Origin: an uncultured Actinoplanes sp.
Lineage (GTDB): Bacteria > Actinomycetota > Actinomycetes > Mycobacteriales > Micromonosporaceae
NCBI GenBank assembly: GCA_964236515.1
Contig: CAXSDA010000014.1
Location: forward strand, 76,828-140,827
DNA: 64,000 nt
Direction: 5' to 3'
The notes under the pieces are model-generated. The model did no database searches and was not told the origin of the DNA. It saw nothing but the letters and a program-made list of their open reading frames with translations. Below, piece by piece: positions 1 to 9,257 of this stretch; position 1 is the first letter of the stretch; every line of letters starts with the position of its first letter. A program made the position numbers and the translations under genes.

Positions 1-1075
1 ACAGCCACTCGGCGTAGGTGGCGAAGCCCTCGTTCAGCCAGATGTCCGCCCACCGGTAGACCGCGGCGCTGTCGCCGTACCACTGGTGGGCCAGCTCGTG
101 CACCACGACGCTGTCGCCGTCCAGCTGTGTGTCGAAGTCCTGCGGCGTGTAGATCGGGCGGCCCTGATTCTCGAGCGCGTAGTCCCACTCGCCGTCCGCG
201 TCCACGATGCCCCCGGCCGCGCGGAACGGGTACGGCCCGAAGTAGCCGGACAGGAACCGCAGGATCTCCGGCTCGCGCGCGAACGACTTCGCCACCCGGT
301 CGTACGTCGCCTTGGGTAACGCCGGATCGATCGCGTCCAGGAACCGGATCCCGTCCTGGCGGTAGGACTTCACGTCGAACGTGCCGATCGCCGCCATGGC
401 CAGATACGTCGCCATCGGCTCGGCCTGCTCCCAGCGCCACGTCGTCCAGCCGTGGACGGTGGAGCGTCCGGCCGGGGCGCCGTTGGAGATCGCCTGGAGG
501 TCTTTCGGCACGGTCAGCGCGATCGAGAAGGAGGCCTTGTCGCTCGGGTGGTCGTTGGACGGGAACCAGGCCTGCGCGACGTCCGGCTCACCCAGGATGA
601 CCACGCCGTCCGCGGTGGTGAAGGCACCGCCGTCGCCCAGGTCCGGATCGTGGATCACCTTGGGGACGCCGTCGTAGACGATCCGGGTGTCGAAGATGTG
701 TCCCTTGCTCAGCGCCCGTCGGGGCGTCACGGTCAGCTCGGTGCCGCGGCGCGACCACGCCGCCGCGCGGCCATCCACCACGATCGCCCGGATCGTCAGG
801 CCGTCGAGGTCGAGGTTGAACGCCGACAGCCGCTGCGTCGCCTCGGCCCGGATCGTCACCGTCCCGGCCAGCGCATCCGTGGCCGGCGAGTATCTGATCG
901 TGAGGTCGTAGTGCTGAACGTCGTAACCGCCGTTGCCGTCGAGCGGGTAGTACGGGTCGCCGATGCCGGGCGCGCCCGGGGCCGCCGGTGGTGAGACGGC
1001 GCCGGCGGGCGTGCCCACCAGCACGAGCGGCGTCGACACCGCGAGGGCCAGGGCCAGAGCCAGCTTCCGCACCAT
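1..1075 (-). CDS. Secreted M1 family zinc aminopeptidase, 3' end outside the window
   Basis: Hand translation from ATG 1075: signal peptide MVRKLALALALAV, GIGDPYYP..GNGGYDVQHYDL, ALENQ, and zinc motif VHELAHQWYG...WLNEGFATYAEW. Open to base 1, so absent from the ORF track. Confidence 0.92.
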   Translation of the reverse strand, partial: MVRKLALALALAVSTPLVLVGTPAGAVSPPAAPGAPGIGDPYYPLDGNGGYDVQHYDLTIRYSPATDALAGTVTIRAEATQRLSAFNLDLDGLTIRAIVVDGRAAAWSRRGTELTVTPRRALSKGHIFDTRIVYDGVPKVIHDPDLGDGGAFTTADGVVILGEPDVAQAWFPSNDHPSDKASFSIALTVPKDLQAISNGAPAGRSTVHGWTTWRWEQAEPMATYLAMAAIGTFDVKSYRQDGIRFLDAIDPALPKATYDRVAKSFAREPEILRFLSGYFGPYPFRAAGGIVDADGEWDYALENQGRPIYTPQDFDTQLDGDSVVVHELAHQWYGDSAAVYRWADIWLNEGFATYAEWL

Positions 1076-1147
1076 GGGACCAAGCTATCGGTGCCGGAGG
1101 ATGAACACAGTCCCGTCGCCTTGATCGAGACCAGCCCGTGCTCAACT

Positions 1148-1181
1148 ATCTATAAAGATAGTACTTGTGATCTTTATAGAT
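1148..1181. promoter_or_regulatory. Perfect AT-rich 12-10-12 inverted repeat, putative operator
   Basis: ATCTATAAAGAT (1148-1159) and ATCTTTATAGAT (1170-1181) are exact reverse complements, 18 nt upstream of ATG 1200. Confidence 0.7.
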
Positions 1182-1199
1182 CGGCGCTACAACTGAAGC

Positions 1200-1631
1200 A
1201 TGGCATCTGTGACGATCACTTTCGACCCTGACCTCGAGGGGGACATCGAGGAAGCCCGTTCCGTCCTGGACCGGCTCAGCCGGCCCGCCGCCGAAACCTC
1301 CGTCGATCCCGAGGTCCTGCGGGAGAAGATCATCGCGCTGCTCCGGGGATACGGGGAGAAGCGGACGGAGTACATCCGTCAGGTGGCGCTGGCCGCTCCG
1401 GGCCGCGCGGCGTTCGCCGATCTCATCGCCGCCATCGGCTCGGCCAAGGCCATCGGCGGGACCCACTCGGCCATCGAACGGGCGTGGCGGGCCAAGGGCA
1501 TGTCCACGATGTTCATCTCGACGGACGCGATCGGCGACGCGAGCATGGAGCCGCACCTGGCCGAGATCGTGCTCGAGGTGCTGCACGATCAGGTGGACGA
1601 GCCCGATCCACTGCTCAGCGCCCGCTTCTGA
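1200..1631 (+). CDS. Hypothetical protein (143 aa), possibly DNA-binding
   Basis: ATG start, GC3-rich codons, protein-like composition, followed by a strong hairpin. No family recognised. Confidence 0.75.
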   Translation: MASVTITFDPDLEGDIEEARSVLDRLSRPAAETSVDPEVLREKIIALLRGYGEKRTEYIRQVALAAPGRAAFADLIAAIGSAKAIGGTHSAIERAWRAKGMSTMFISTDAIGDASMEPHLAEIVLEVLHDQVDEPDPLLSARF

Positions 1632-1636
1632 GCGAA

Positions 1637-1671
1637 CAAGGGTCCGCCTTCAGGACGAAGGCGGACCCTTG
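1637..1671. terminator. Bidirectional intrinsic terminator hairpin
   Basis: CAAGGGTCCGCCTTC-aggac-GAAGGCGGACCCTTG, 15-bp perfect stem between convergent genes. Confidence 0.8.
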
Positions 1672-1688
1672 ATCACATCGGCGGACGA

Positions 1689-2702
1689 TCAGGCGGAGGC
1701 CTCCTCGGCGAGAGCCCCGCAGCAGGTTTCGATGATCATGCCGGCCACCACGTACGGGTCCATGTTGGCGTTCGGGCGACGGTCCTCGAGCCAGCCCTTC
1801 TTCGCCTTCTCCACGGCCCACGGGATGCGCACCGAAGCTCCGCGGTCGGACGCCCCCCAGCTGAACTTGTCCCAGCTCGCCGTCTCGTGCGCACCGGTCA
1901 GCCGGTCCTTGATGCCGTCGCCGTAGGCCTCCACGTGCGCCAGCGCGTTGCGCCCGAGCGCCTCGCACGCCGTCACGATGGCGTCATAGCCCTGCATCGT
2001 GGCCTTGGTGGAGAAGTTCGTGTGCGCGCCGGCGCCGTTCCAGTCACCCGGCATCGGCTTGGCGTCGAACGAGACGACCACGCCGAAGTCTTCGGCGATG
2101 CGGTGCAACAGCCACCGGGCGACCCACATCTGGTCGCCGATCATCGGAGCGGGCAGCACGCCGATCTGGAACTCCCACTGCCCCATCATTACCTCGGCGT
2201 TCGTGCCCTCGATGGACAGGCCGGCCTTGAGGCAGGCCGTCGTGTGGGCCTCGATGATCTCGCGGCCGACCATCTTCTCGCCGCCGACACCGCAGTAGTA
2301 CGGACCCTGGGGCGCGGGGTACCCGTTCTCCGGCCAGCCCAGCGGACGGCCGTTCTGGAAGAACGTGTACTCCTGCTCGATACCGAACATCGGTTCCTGG
2401 TCGGCGTACTTCTCCGCCGCCGCGACACAGAACGCACGGGTGTTCGTCGGGTGCGGGGTGAAGTCGGTCAGCTCGACGTCGCACAGCACGAGGATGTCGC
2501 CCTCGCTGCGCAGCGGGTCGGGGCAGGTGTAGACCGGCCGCAGGACGCAGTCCGACTGGGCGCCGGGCGCCTGGTTCGTGCTCGAGCCGTCGAAGCCCCA
2601 GATCTCGGGTTCCTTGCCGTCCGCCACGATGCGGGTCTTGTTCCTGAGCAACGGCGACGGCTTGGTGCCGTCGATCCAGATGTACTCGGCCTGATATGGC
2701 AT
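1689..2702 (-). CDS. glnII: Glutamine synthetase type II
   Basis: MPYQAEYIWIDG, WGFDGSSTNQA, GIEQEYT, EVMMGQWEFQIG, DWNGAGAHTNFS, RGASVRIP, LEDRRPNAN. 337 aa from ATG 2702. Confidence 0.96.
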   Translation of the reverse strand: MPYQAEYIWIDGTKPSPLLRNKTRIVADGKEPEIWGFDGSSTNQAPGAQSDCVLRPVYTCPDPLRSEGDILVLCDVELTDFTPHPTNTRAFCVAAAEKYADQEPMFGIEQEYTFFQNGRPLGWPENGYPAPQGPYYCGVGGEKMVGREIIEAHTTACLKAGLSIEGTNAEVMMGQWEFQIGVLPAPMIGDQMWVARWLLHRIAEDFGVVVSFDAKPMPGDWNGAGAHTNFSTKATMQGYDAIVTACEALGRNALAHVEAYGDGIKDRLTGAHETASWDKFSWGASDRGASVRIPWAVEKAKKGWLEDRRPNANMDPYVVAGMIIETCCGALAEEASA

Positions 2703-2950
2703 ACCGCAGCTCCCTTGCCGTTTCTCGCTTGCCGTGAGTCCGCTTGCCGCCCCGCGCCTGCCGTTCCTCCGCCGGCTCGGCCAATGCTTGCCGGGCAAAC
2801 GCTTCCGGACTCGTTGTCGTCACGCGTTGCCGACGTGTGTCGGACCGGTAAACGGATGGCGGCGCCCGTCCCGCTCCGGCGAGAAGAATCGCTCCGCAGC
2901 AACAGTTAACAAACCTTGACATTCGCCCATACTTCGACTGTCATCGATGT

Positions 2951-4252
2951 ATGGGTAGATGGAAGGCTCCGGCGATCGGCGCCGGATTCGTGGCGGCGGC
3001 CGTGGTGGCGATTTTCGCGGTGGTGCTGCCGGCCAGCGCCGGGACGAACCCGATCGGCGATCCCGGCTTCGAGTCCGGCCTGTCCGGGTGGACGTGCAGC
3101 GGCACGGCGGGCGCCGCGACGGGAACGGCTCATTCCGGCGCGTACGCGCTGAAGGCGACGCCCAGCGCCAGTGACGCGGCCCAGTGCACCCAGTCCGTGC
3201 CGGTGGCGCCGAACACGGCGTACACGCTGACGGCGTGGGTGAACGGCAGCTACGTGTACCTGGGCGCAGCCGGGGCGATCATCTGGACGCCGTCCACCGG
3301 CGGGGCCTTCCAGCAGCTGACGACGTCCTTCACCACGTCGGCGTCGGCCACCAGCGTGACGGTGTTCGTGCACGGGTGGTACGGGCAGCCCACGTACTAC
3401 GCCGACGACTTCGTCCTGACCGGCGGCTCGGGTGGCGGGGGAACCATGCCCACGACGGCTCCCGCGACCACCGCTCCGGCGAGCCCGACGCCGACTGCCG
3501 GCCCGACCGCGACCGCGACCGCCAGCCCGACGCCGACCGCCGGCCCGACGCCGACGACAACGCCGCCGACCGGTGGCGGCGGACCCGGTGCGAATCTGGG
3601 CGCCTGCCCGTTCTGGTCGACCGTGACCCCGCCGGCCCGGGTCGTCGGACCGAGCCACAACGCGACGAGCCAGGGGCCGATGCTCAACCTGAGCGGCCGG
3701 CTGCCCGCACCTTCCACTGTGACCGGTTCGCTGAGCGGCTCGACGATGACCATCACGTTCAGCCGGGTGACGGGCGCCGCGGCGTACCGGGTGTGGCGCA
3801 ACAGCCAGTCGGTCGGCTGGGTCGACGACTGGGGCCAGGCGACGCTGTCCGTGACCGACACCGCACCGTGCCGCAACGCGCACTACACGGTCGCGGCCCT
3901 GCGCTCCGACGGCAGTGACGCCTCCACCGGCGCCCTGTCCCAGCCGTACATCCTGGCCGACAGCGGCGTGGTGCAGCCGTACGCGCTCGCGGCCGGAACC
4001 CAATTCCAGTACGAGGTCACGTCGTACAACGATCCCGGCCAGACGGCGAGCGGCTACAGCACCGCCCTGGGCGTCTGCGCGGTCGACACCCGGTACATCC
4101 CGTGGGGAACCCGCTTCAAGGTCGACGGGTACGGATACTGCTACGCGGCCGACATCGGCACCTGGATCCAGGGCCACATCGTCGACGTGTGGCTGCCGGG
4201 CACCGAGGCCGACAACTGGGGCGTGCAGATGAGAACGATCACCATCCAGTAG
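2951..4252 (+). CDS. Secreted protein: carbohydrate-binding module, Pro/Thr linker, Fn3-like domain, C-terminal 3D (Asp-Asp-Asp) domain
   Basis: Signal peptide; NPIGDPGFESGLSGWTC...GAYALKATP module like actinomycete chitinase N-termini; C-terminal VTSY..TASG..CAVDTRYIPWGT..VDGYG..AADIG..IQG..VDVW matches the 3D pattern. Confidence 0.8.
   Translation: MGRWKAPAIGAGFVAAAVVAIFAVVLPASAGTNPIGDPGFESGLSGWTCSGTAGAATGTAHSGAYALKATPSASDAAQCTQSVPVAPNTAYTLTAWVNGSYVYLGAAGAIIWTPSTGGAFQQLTTSFTTSASATSVTVFVHGWYGQPTYYADDFVLTGGSGGGGTMPTTAPATTAPASPTPTAGPTATATASPTPTAGPTPTTTPPTGGGGPGANLGACPFWSTVTPPARVVGPSHNATSQGPMLNLSGRLPAPSTVTGSLSGSTMTITFSRVTGAAAYRVWRNSQSVGWVDDWGQATLSVTDTAPCRNAHYTVAALRSDGSDASTGALSQPYILADSGVVQPYALAAGTQFQYEVTSYNDPGQTASGYSTALGVCAVDTRYIPWGTRFKVDGYGYCYAADIGTWIQGHIVDVWLPGTEADNWGVQMRTITIQ
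3482..3549 (+). repeat. 26-bp direct repeat encoding the Pro/Thr linker
   Basis: AGCCCGACGCCGAC(T/C)GCCGGCCCGAC at 3482-3507 and 3524-3549, one mismatch. Confidence 0.7.
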
Positions 4253-4297
4253 CACCCACGACCGCCGGCGGGTGATCCGGCCGGCTGACCGCGAGCG

Positions 4298-5011
4298 TCA
4301 GGCCGTGGCGGCCCGGATGGCGGCGACGGCGGCCGGGATGCCGCCGGACCACGGCGCGCCGTGACCGGGGAGCACCCACGTCGCCTCGATGCCCTGCAGG
4401 CGGTCCAGCGACGCCAGCGCTTCCGCCGGGTCGTCGGTGAAGGGCGCAGGCTGCGGGCCGCTCCTCCCGGTGAGCACGTTGCGGGTGGTCAGCGCGTCAC
4501 CGGGGAAGACGGCGTCGGCGACCGGCACGTACACGGCGATGCTGCCCGGCGAGTGGCCCGGCATGGCGATGATCTGCGGGGCGCCGGGAAGGTCGAGAAC
4601 CTGGCCGTCGTGGACCGGCACGACGTCGGTGAGGTACGTGGTACGCAGGCCGCCCTTGCGCGCCGTGTACCACAGGAAGCCGGTGACGGCGCCGACCTTG
4701 ACGTGGCCGAAGGACGACTTGGCCTTCTCGAGCCCGCGGGCCCGCGCGGCGTCGGCCTCGTGCACGTAGATCGGTACGCCGTGGTCGCGGCGGAGGCGCT
4801 CGGCGAAGCCGAGGTGGTCGGTGTCGCCGTGGGTCAGCACGACGCCGCGAATGTCGGCCACCGACCGGCCCATGTCCGCCAACTCGGCCTGCAGGTCGTG
4901 CCAGTGACCGGCCAGTCCCGCGTCGATGACGGTCACCCCTTCGTCGGTGTCGACCAGATAGGCGGCCACGATGTCGTTGCCGATCCGGTGCAGGTGCGGG
5001 CCGAGTTTCAC
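4298..5011 (-). CDS. MBL-fold metallo-hydrolase
   Basis: VIDAG, LTHGDTDHLG (HxDxDH variant), PGHSPG, GDAL, VLPGHG. GTG 5011 has GGGAG upstream. Confidence 0.9.
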   Translation of the reverse strand: MKLGPHLHRIGNDIVAAYLVDTDEGVTVIDAGLAGHWHDLQAELADMGRSVADIRGVVLTHGDTDHLGFAERLRRDHGVPIYVHEADAARARGLEKAKSSFGHVKVGAVTGFLWYTARKGGLRTTYLTDVVPVHDGQVLDLPGAPQIIAMPGHSPGSIAVYVPVADAVFPGDALTTRNVLTGRSGPQPAPFTDDPAEALASLDRLQGIEATWVLPGHGAPWSGGIPAAVAAIRAATA

Positions 5012-5056
5012 TGCGTACTCCCCAGGGTTGCTATTGTCGACGTCATGGCTAATGTA

Positions 5057-5075
5057 CGTAGCCATGATGGCTACG
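5057..5075. promoter_or_regulatory. Palindromic TetR-type operator
   Basis: CGTAGCCAT-G-ATGGCTACG, a perfect 9-1-9 palindrome between the divergent MBL and TetR genes; an overlapping CATGGCTA..TAGCCATG repeat is also present. Confidence 0.7.
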
Positions 5076-5094
5076 GTCAATAGCTATCGGAGGA

Positions 5095-5661
5095 GTGAGC
5101 GTGCCCACCCCTGATCGGACGTCGCTCGAGGAGATCGTCCGGGCCGGACGGGACATCCTGGAGTCGGACGGGCCGGCCCGGCTGACCATGCAGGCCGTCG
5201 CGGCGCGGGTCGGCGTACGGCCGCCCTCGCTCTACAAACGGGTGAAGAACCGCGACGAGCTGGTGGGGCTGATCGCCCAGGCCACGGTCGGCGATCTCGG
5301 GAACCTGCTGGCGGCGATCACGCCGCACGGCGACCCGCGCCGGGAGCTGGCCGAGATGGCGCGGGCCGTCCGGGCGTTCGCCCACCGCCGCCCGGCCGGC
5401 TTCGCGCTGATCTTCGCGGCGCCGACCGACCCGGCCCGGCCGGACACCGACGCGCTGACCGAGGCGGTGGCACCGCTGTTGCGGGCGGCGGCCGCCCTGG
5501 CCGGGGAGGAGCACGCCCTGGACGCGGCGCGGACGATCACGGCCTGGGCCAACGGGTTCATCAGCATGGAGCTGGCCGGCGCTTTCGCCCTCGGCGGCGA
5601 CGTGGACCGCGCCTTCGAGTACGGCATCGCGCGGCTCGCCGACGCGCTGGCGGCCGGCTGA
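5095..5661 (+). CDS. TetR/AcrR family regulator
   Basis: N-terminal HTH LTMQAVAARVGVRPPSLYKRVKNRDEL; C-terminal WAWxxG-like motif; GGAGG RBS. Confidence 0.93.
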   Translation: MSVPTPDRTSLEEIVRAGRDILESDGPARLTMQAVAARVGVRPPSLYKRVKNRDELVGLIAQATVGDLGNLLAAITPHGDPRRELAEMARAVRAFAHRRPAGFALIFAAPTDPARPDTDALTEAVAPLLRAAAALAGEEHALDAARTITAWANGFISMELAGAFALGGDVDRAFEYGIARLADALAAG

Positions 5662-5838
5662 GCTTCGAGGAGCAGGCGGCACCGCGAGTCCGGACGAGCG
5701 GCGTGCGGTTGCGCAGATCAAGGACTGACGACGCCGCCGGGCGCGGAGGCCGTCGCCGGCTGAATTTCTCAAGCAGCGCCGGCTCCCGCCGATGGAGAGG
5801 ACCAGCAGCAGTCGTACAGCCATCAGAAAGGCGTCACG

Positions 5839-6132
5839 GTGACCGTTCGCTCTCGACTGCGGCGCGCCTTCTGGATGCGTCGCAACGCCAAGCTGAAGCC
5901 CTACACGGTGGTCGGGCTGGTCGACCTGACGGCCGACGGTGCCCGCGGGCCGCGGCTGGTGATCGCCGGAATCGTCGAGGGGAGCGTCGTCGCGATCGAC
6001 GAGGAACTCTCCGGGGACGGCCGGGCCCGGCGGTTCTGCCATCTGGTGCGGGCGCGGTCCGTCGAGGCGGCCGAGGCCGACGCCCGAGCGCACTTCACGT
6101 ACCTGCACTCGCTGATGGCCCATCCCGTCTAG
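5839..6132 (+). CDS. Small hypothetical protein
   Basis: 97-aa ORF with GC3-biased codons; no family recognised. Confidence 0.55.
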   Translation: MTVRSRLRRAFWMRRNAKLKPYTVVGLVDLTADGARGPRLVIAGIVEGSVVAIDEELSGDGRARRFCHLVRARSVEAAEADARAHFTYLHSLMAHPV

Positions 6133-6182
6133 TGCTCGCGCGGACCGCTCATATTGCGACGAGGACTGCCGAACGGGCACGT

Positions 6183-8408
6183 GTGGAGCGGACACACAGC
6201 GGTCGCGCGTGGCCGGCGTGGCCGGTCGCCGGTGTGCTCGCGATGCTGGTCTACACCCAGGTGCCCCACCCGTCCCTCGCCAGCGGGCTGGCCTCGCTGG
6301 CCGGGGTGACCGCCGTCGTGCTCATCGTGTGGCGGGTGCGCCGGTTCCGCCCCGAGAAGGCGGGCGCGTGGTACCTGATCGCCGGCGGCCTGCTGCTGTG
6401 GGCGGCCGGCGACGGCACTCTGGCCGTCGACCTGGCCGTGCTGGGGCGCCAGCCGTTCCCCTCCTGGGCCGACCTGGCCTGGGTCGGTGCCCACCCGCTG
6501 CTGATCGCCGGCCTCTACGGCCTCACCCGCCGGCCCGGCAAGCAGAATCTGCCCAGCCTGCTCGACGCCGGTGTGGTCGCCACCGGCCTCGGATTGCTCT
6601 ACTGGGTCGGCGTTATCGGGCCGGTGGTGACCGACCACAGCATGCCCGCGCTGGACCGGCTGGTGACCGTTCTCTACCCCACCTTCGGCGTCCTGCTGCT
6701 GGCGGTGCTGGTGCCGCTGGTGAGCCGCTTCGGGCGGCCGACCCCGAGCTTCTGGATGCTCGTGATGAGCTGCTGGGTGGCGGTGATCGGCAACTTCTTC
6801 TACACGCTGATGCCGGACCGGCCGGACTTCGTCACCCGCCTCATCCTGGCCACCTACCTGTTCGCGTACATCTGTGTGCTCGGCGCCGTGCTGCAGCCGT
6901 CGGCGATGCGGATCGCCGGGGCGGCCCCGCCGGAACGGTTCGGCCGCCGGCGGCTGGTGGTGCTGGCCGGTTCGACCCTGCTCGTCCCGGTCATTCTCGT
7001 GATCGAGGGCGTGTACCGGGCCGGGCGGGTCGACTGGCTGGCCGTGGCGATCGGCTCGATCGTCCTGTTCCTGCTCGTGCTGGCGCGGATGTCCGGTTTC
7101 GTGAGGACGGTGCAGGTGCAGGCCGGGCAGCTGGCCGACCTGGCCCTGCGCGACGAGCTGACCGGGCTGCCCAACCGGCGCGCCCTCAAGGACGCGCTGC
7201 GCGCCGCGATGCGCTCCCCCGGCACCCAGGTGGCGATGCTCGACCTGAACGGCTTCAAGGACGTCAACGACCGCTTCGGCCACGCGGCCGGCGACCGCCT
7301 GCTCGTGGCGGTGGCCGAACGGCTGGCCCGTTCGCTGCGGGGCAACGACCTCGTCGCCCGGATGGGCGGCGACGAGTTCGCCGTGCTGGTCGCCGGCGCG
7401 ACCCCGGCGGCGATGGCCGGGATCGTCGAGCGGCTCCTGGCGGCCCTGCGCCGCCCGGTCGAGGTGGACGGGCACGACCTGCTGATCGGTGGCGCCGTCG
7501 GCGTGGGCGACAACTCCGGCACCGACGACCCGTGGGAGGTGCTGCGCCGCGCCGACGTGGCCATGTACGCGGCCAAGAGCGCCGGCGAGGGCACCAGCCG
7601 GCGGTACGACCCCGACATGGACCATCGCGCCGGCGAGCGCGCCCGGCTCGGGGTCGACCTGCGGGCCGCGCTCGGCACCGGCCAGTTCCGCCTGGTCTAC
7701 CAGCCGATCGTGTCGCTGCCGGACGGCCGCGTCCAGTCGGTCGAGGCACTCGTCCGGTGGGAGCACCCGGAACGCGGGTTCGTCGGCCCGGCCGAGTTCA
7801 TCCCGGTGGCCGAGGAGAACGGGCTCATCGTCGAGCTGGGCGAATGGATCCTCCGGACCGCGTGCGCGCAGGCGGTCACCTGGCGCGACGAGTACGGCGA
7901 CGACGCCCCCAAGCGGATGAGCGTGAACGTCTCGGCCCGTCAACTGGCCGAACCCGGCTTCTCCGAACTGGTCACCGAGGTGCTGGCCTGGACCGGCCTG
8001 GGCGCCCACAACCTGATCGTCGAGGTGACCGAGACCGCGGTGTTCGGCGGCGGACAGGCCGTCCGGGCGGTCCAGGAGCTGCACGAGCTGGGCGTCCGGC
8101 TGGCGCTGGACGACTTCGGCACCGGTCACTCGTCGTTGGGCCTGCTGCAGACCGTGCCGGTGGACATCCTCAAGGTCGACAAGTCCTTCGTGGACAACAT
8201 CACCATGGCCGGGCGTCACGCCGTCATCGCCACCGCGCTCATCCAGGTGTCCGACGGGCTCGGTCTGATGGCGGTGGCCGAAGGGGTCGAGACCGCCGAA
8301 CAGGCGACCGAACTGCACCGGCTGGGCTATCGGCTGGCCCAGGGGTACCACTTCGGCCGGCCGGCGGCCCAGCCCGACTTCCCGCATGTCGCCGCGGCCA
8401 CCGGCTGA
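6183..8408 (+). CDS. Membrane GGDEF-EAL protein (diguanylate cyclase/phosphodiesterase)
   Basis: Multi-TM N-terminus; DELTGLPNRR; RGND I-site before RMGGDEF; VEALVRW; ALDDFGTG; LKVDKSF; AEGVET. Start is approximate. Confidence 0.93.
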   Translation: MERTHSGRAWPAWPVAGVLAMLVYTQVPHPSLASGLASLAGVTAVVLIVWRVRRFRPEKAGAWYLIAGGLLLWAAGDGTLAVDLAVLGRQPFPSWADLAWVGAHPLLIAGLYGLTRRPGKQNLPSLLDAGVVATGLGLLYWVGVIGPVVTDHSMPALDRLVTVLYPTFGVLLLAVLVPLVSRFGRPTPSFWMLVMSCWVAVIGNFFYTLMPDRPDFVTRLILATYLFAYICVLGAVLQPSAMRIAGAAPPERFGRRRLVVLAGSTLLVPVILVIEGVYRAGRVDWLAVAIGSIVLFLLVLARMSGFVRTVQVQAGQLADLALRDELTGLPNRRALKDALRAAMRSPGTQVAMLDLNGFKDVNDRFGHAAGDRLLVAVAERLARSLRGNDLVARMGGDEFAVLVAGATPAAMAGIVERLLAALRRPVEVDGHDLLIGGAVGVGDNSGTDDPWEVLRRADVAMYAAKSAGEGTSRRYDPDMDHRAGERARLGVDLRAALGTGQFRLVYQPIVSLPDGRVQSVEALVRWEHPERGFVGPAEFIPVAEENGLIVELGEWILRTACAQAVTWRDEYGDDAPKRMSVNVSARQLAEPGFSELVTEVLAWTGLGAHNLIVEVTETAVFGGGQAVRAVQELHELGVRLALDDFGTGHSSLGLLQTVPVDILKVDKSFVDNITMAGRHAVIATALIQVSDGLGLMAVAEGVETAEQATELHRLGYRLAQGYHFGRPAAQPDFPHVAAATG

Positions 8409-8727
8409 CCTCAGGAGGTGCTCAGGGCCGCGCCCGGCGAGACCGAGAGCTTGGTCCCGTACGCGTCCTCGGCCGAGTCGCCGTCGGCCGGCGGGCACAC
8501 CCGTCCACGGTCAGCGCCCGGCTGCCCGGACTCAGCGTGACGCTCGAACTGCCGCTGACCGGCGACTGCCCGTTCGTACCCGAGAACGAGTAGTTGCTCC
8601 TCCCGGCCCGCACCAGCCGCCCTGCGGACCATAACCGCCGGGCGGCGGACCACACCGGCCGGTCGATCGCCCGCGCCGGTCACGAGGTCGCGACGCCGCG
8701 GTGACGCGCCCCCGGCACACCGGACGC

Positions 8728-8934
8728 ATGGACGACCACGAATCACCGGGCGACGGCGCCGCCCTGGTGTCGGTCCGTGTCCGGCGCCTGACCCGCCCGG
8801 GCCCGGACGTACGTGTGTCCGTCTCGGTCGCCGCGGACATCCGATCGCCCCAGGCCGAGACGTTCGAGACGATGGACCTGGAGGCCACCCTGGACGCGGT
8901 CCGCCGCGCCGCGTCCCAGCTACGCCGACCTTGA
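8728..8934 (+). CDS. Small hypothetical protein
   Basis: MDDHESPGDGAALVSVRVRRL...LEATLDAVRRAASQL; plausible codon usage only. Confidence 0.5.
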   Translation: MDDHESPGDGAALVSVRVRRLTRPGPDVRVSVSVAADIRSPQAETFETMDLEATLDAVRRAASQLRRP

Positions 8935-8991
8935 CCTGACGCTTACACAACGCTGGCCGTTCTCTGACCGGCGGTCCGCACGATCCTCGCC

Positions 8992-9243
8992 ATGAAACGA
9001 ACGCTCGCCATCGCGCTGATCGCCGGGGCCCTGCTGCCCGCCGGCTGCAGCCGTCCGCACGCGCCGGCGTCTTCATCCCCGGCCCCCGCGTCCTCCCCGG
9101 CGGCGGCAGCCCCCGCACACAAGGCCTCCGGTACCTCCGGCGGGGCCGCCGCGCCCGCCTCCCCGGACGACGTCAGCGACCTGCTCAACCAGGTCGACAA
9201 GCAGCTCCAGACCAACGACCAGCCGACCTCCGAGCAGGATTGA
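8992..9243 (+). CDS. Small lipoprotein
   Basis: MKRTLAIALIAGALLPAG-C lipobox, Ala/Pro/Ser linker, acidic C-terminal helix. Confidence 0.8.
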   Translation: MKRTLAIALIAGALLPAGCSRPHAPASSSPAPASSPAAAAPAHKASGTSGGAAAPASPDDVSDLLNQVDKQLQTNDQPTSEQD

Positions 9244-9257
9244 GAGTGACCACCACC

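Noticed and set aside
2890-2945. Possible GlnR box or sigma-70 promoter between glnII and the 3D-domain gene
   Set aside because: GTTAAC and TTGACA (2916-2921) are present, but I could not fit the GlnR a/b-site spacing or a convincing -10.
5703-6182. N-terminal extension of the GGDEF-EAL ORF
   Set aside because: Junk-like translation that overlaps the more plausible 5839-6132 ORF; the hydrophobic region starts near 6183.
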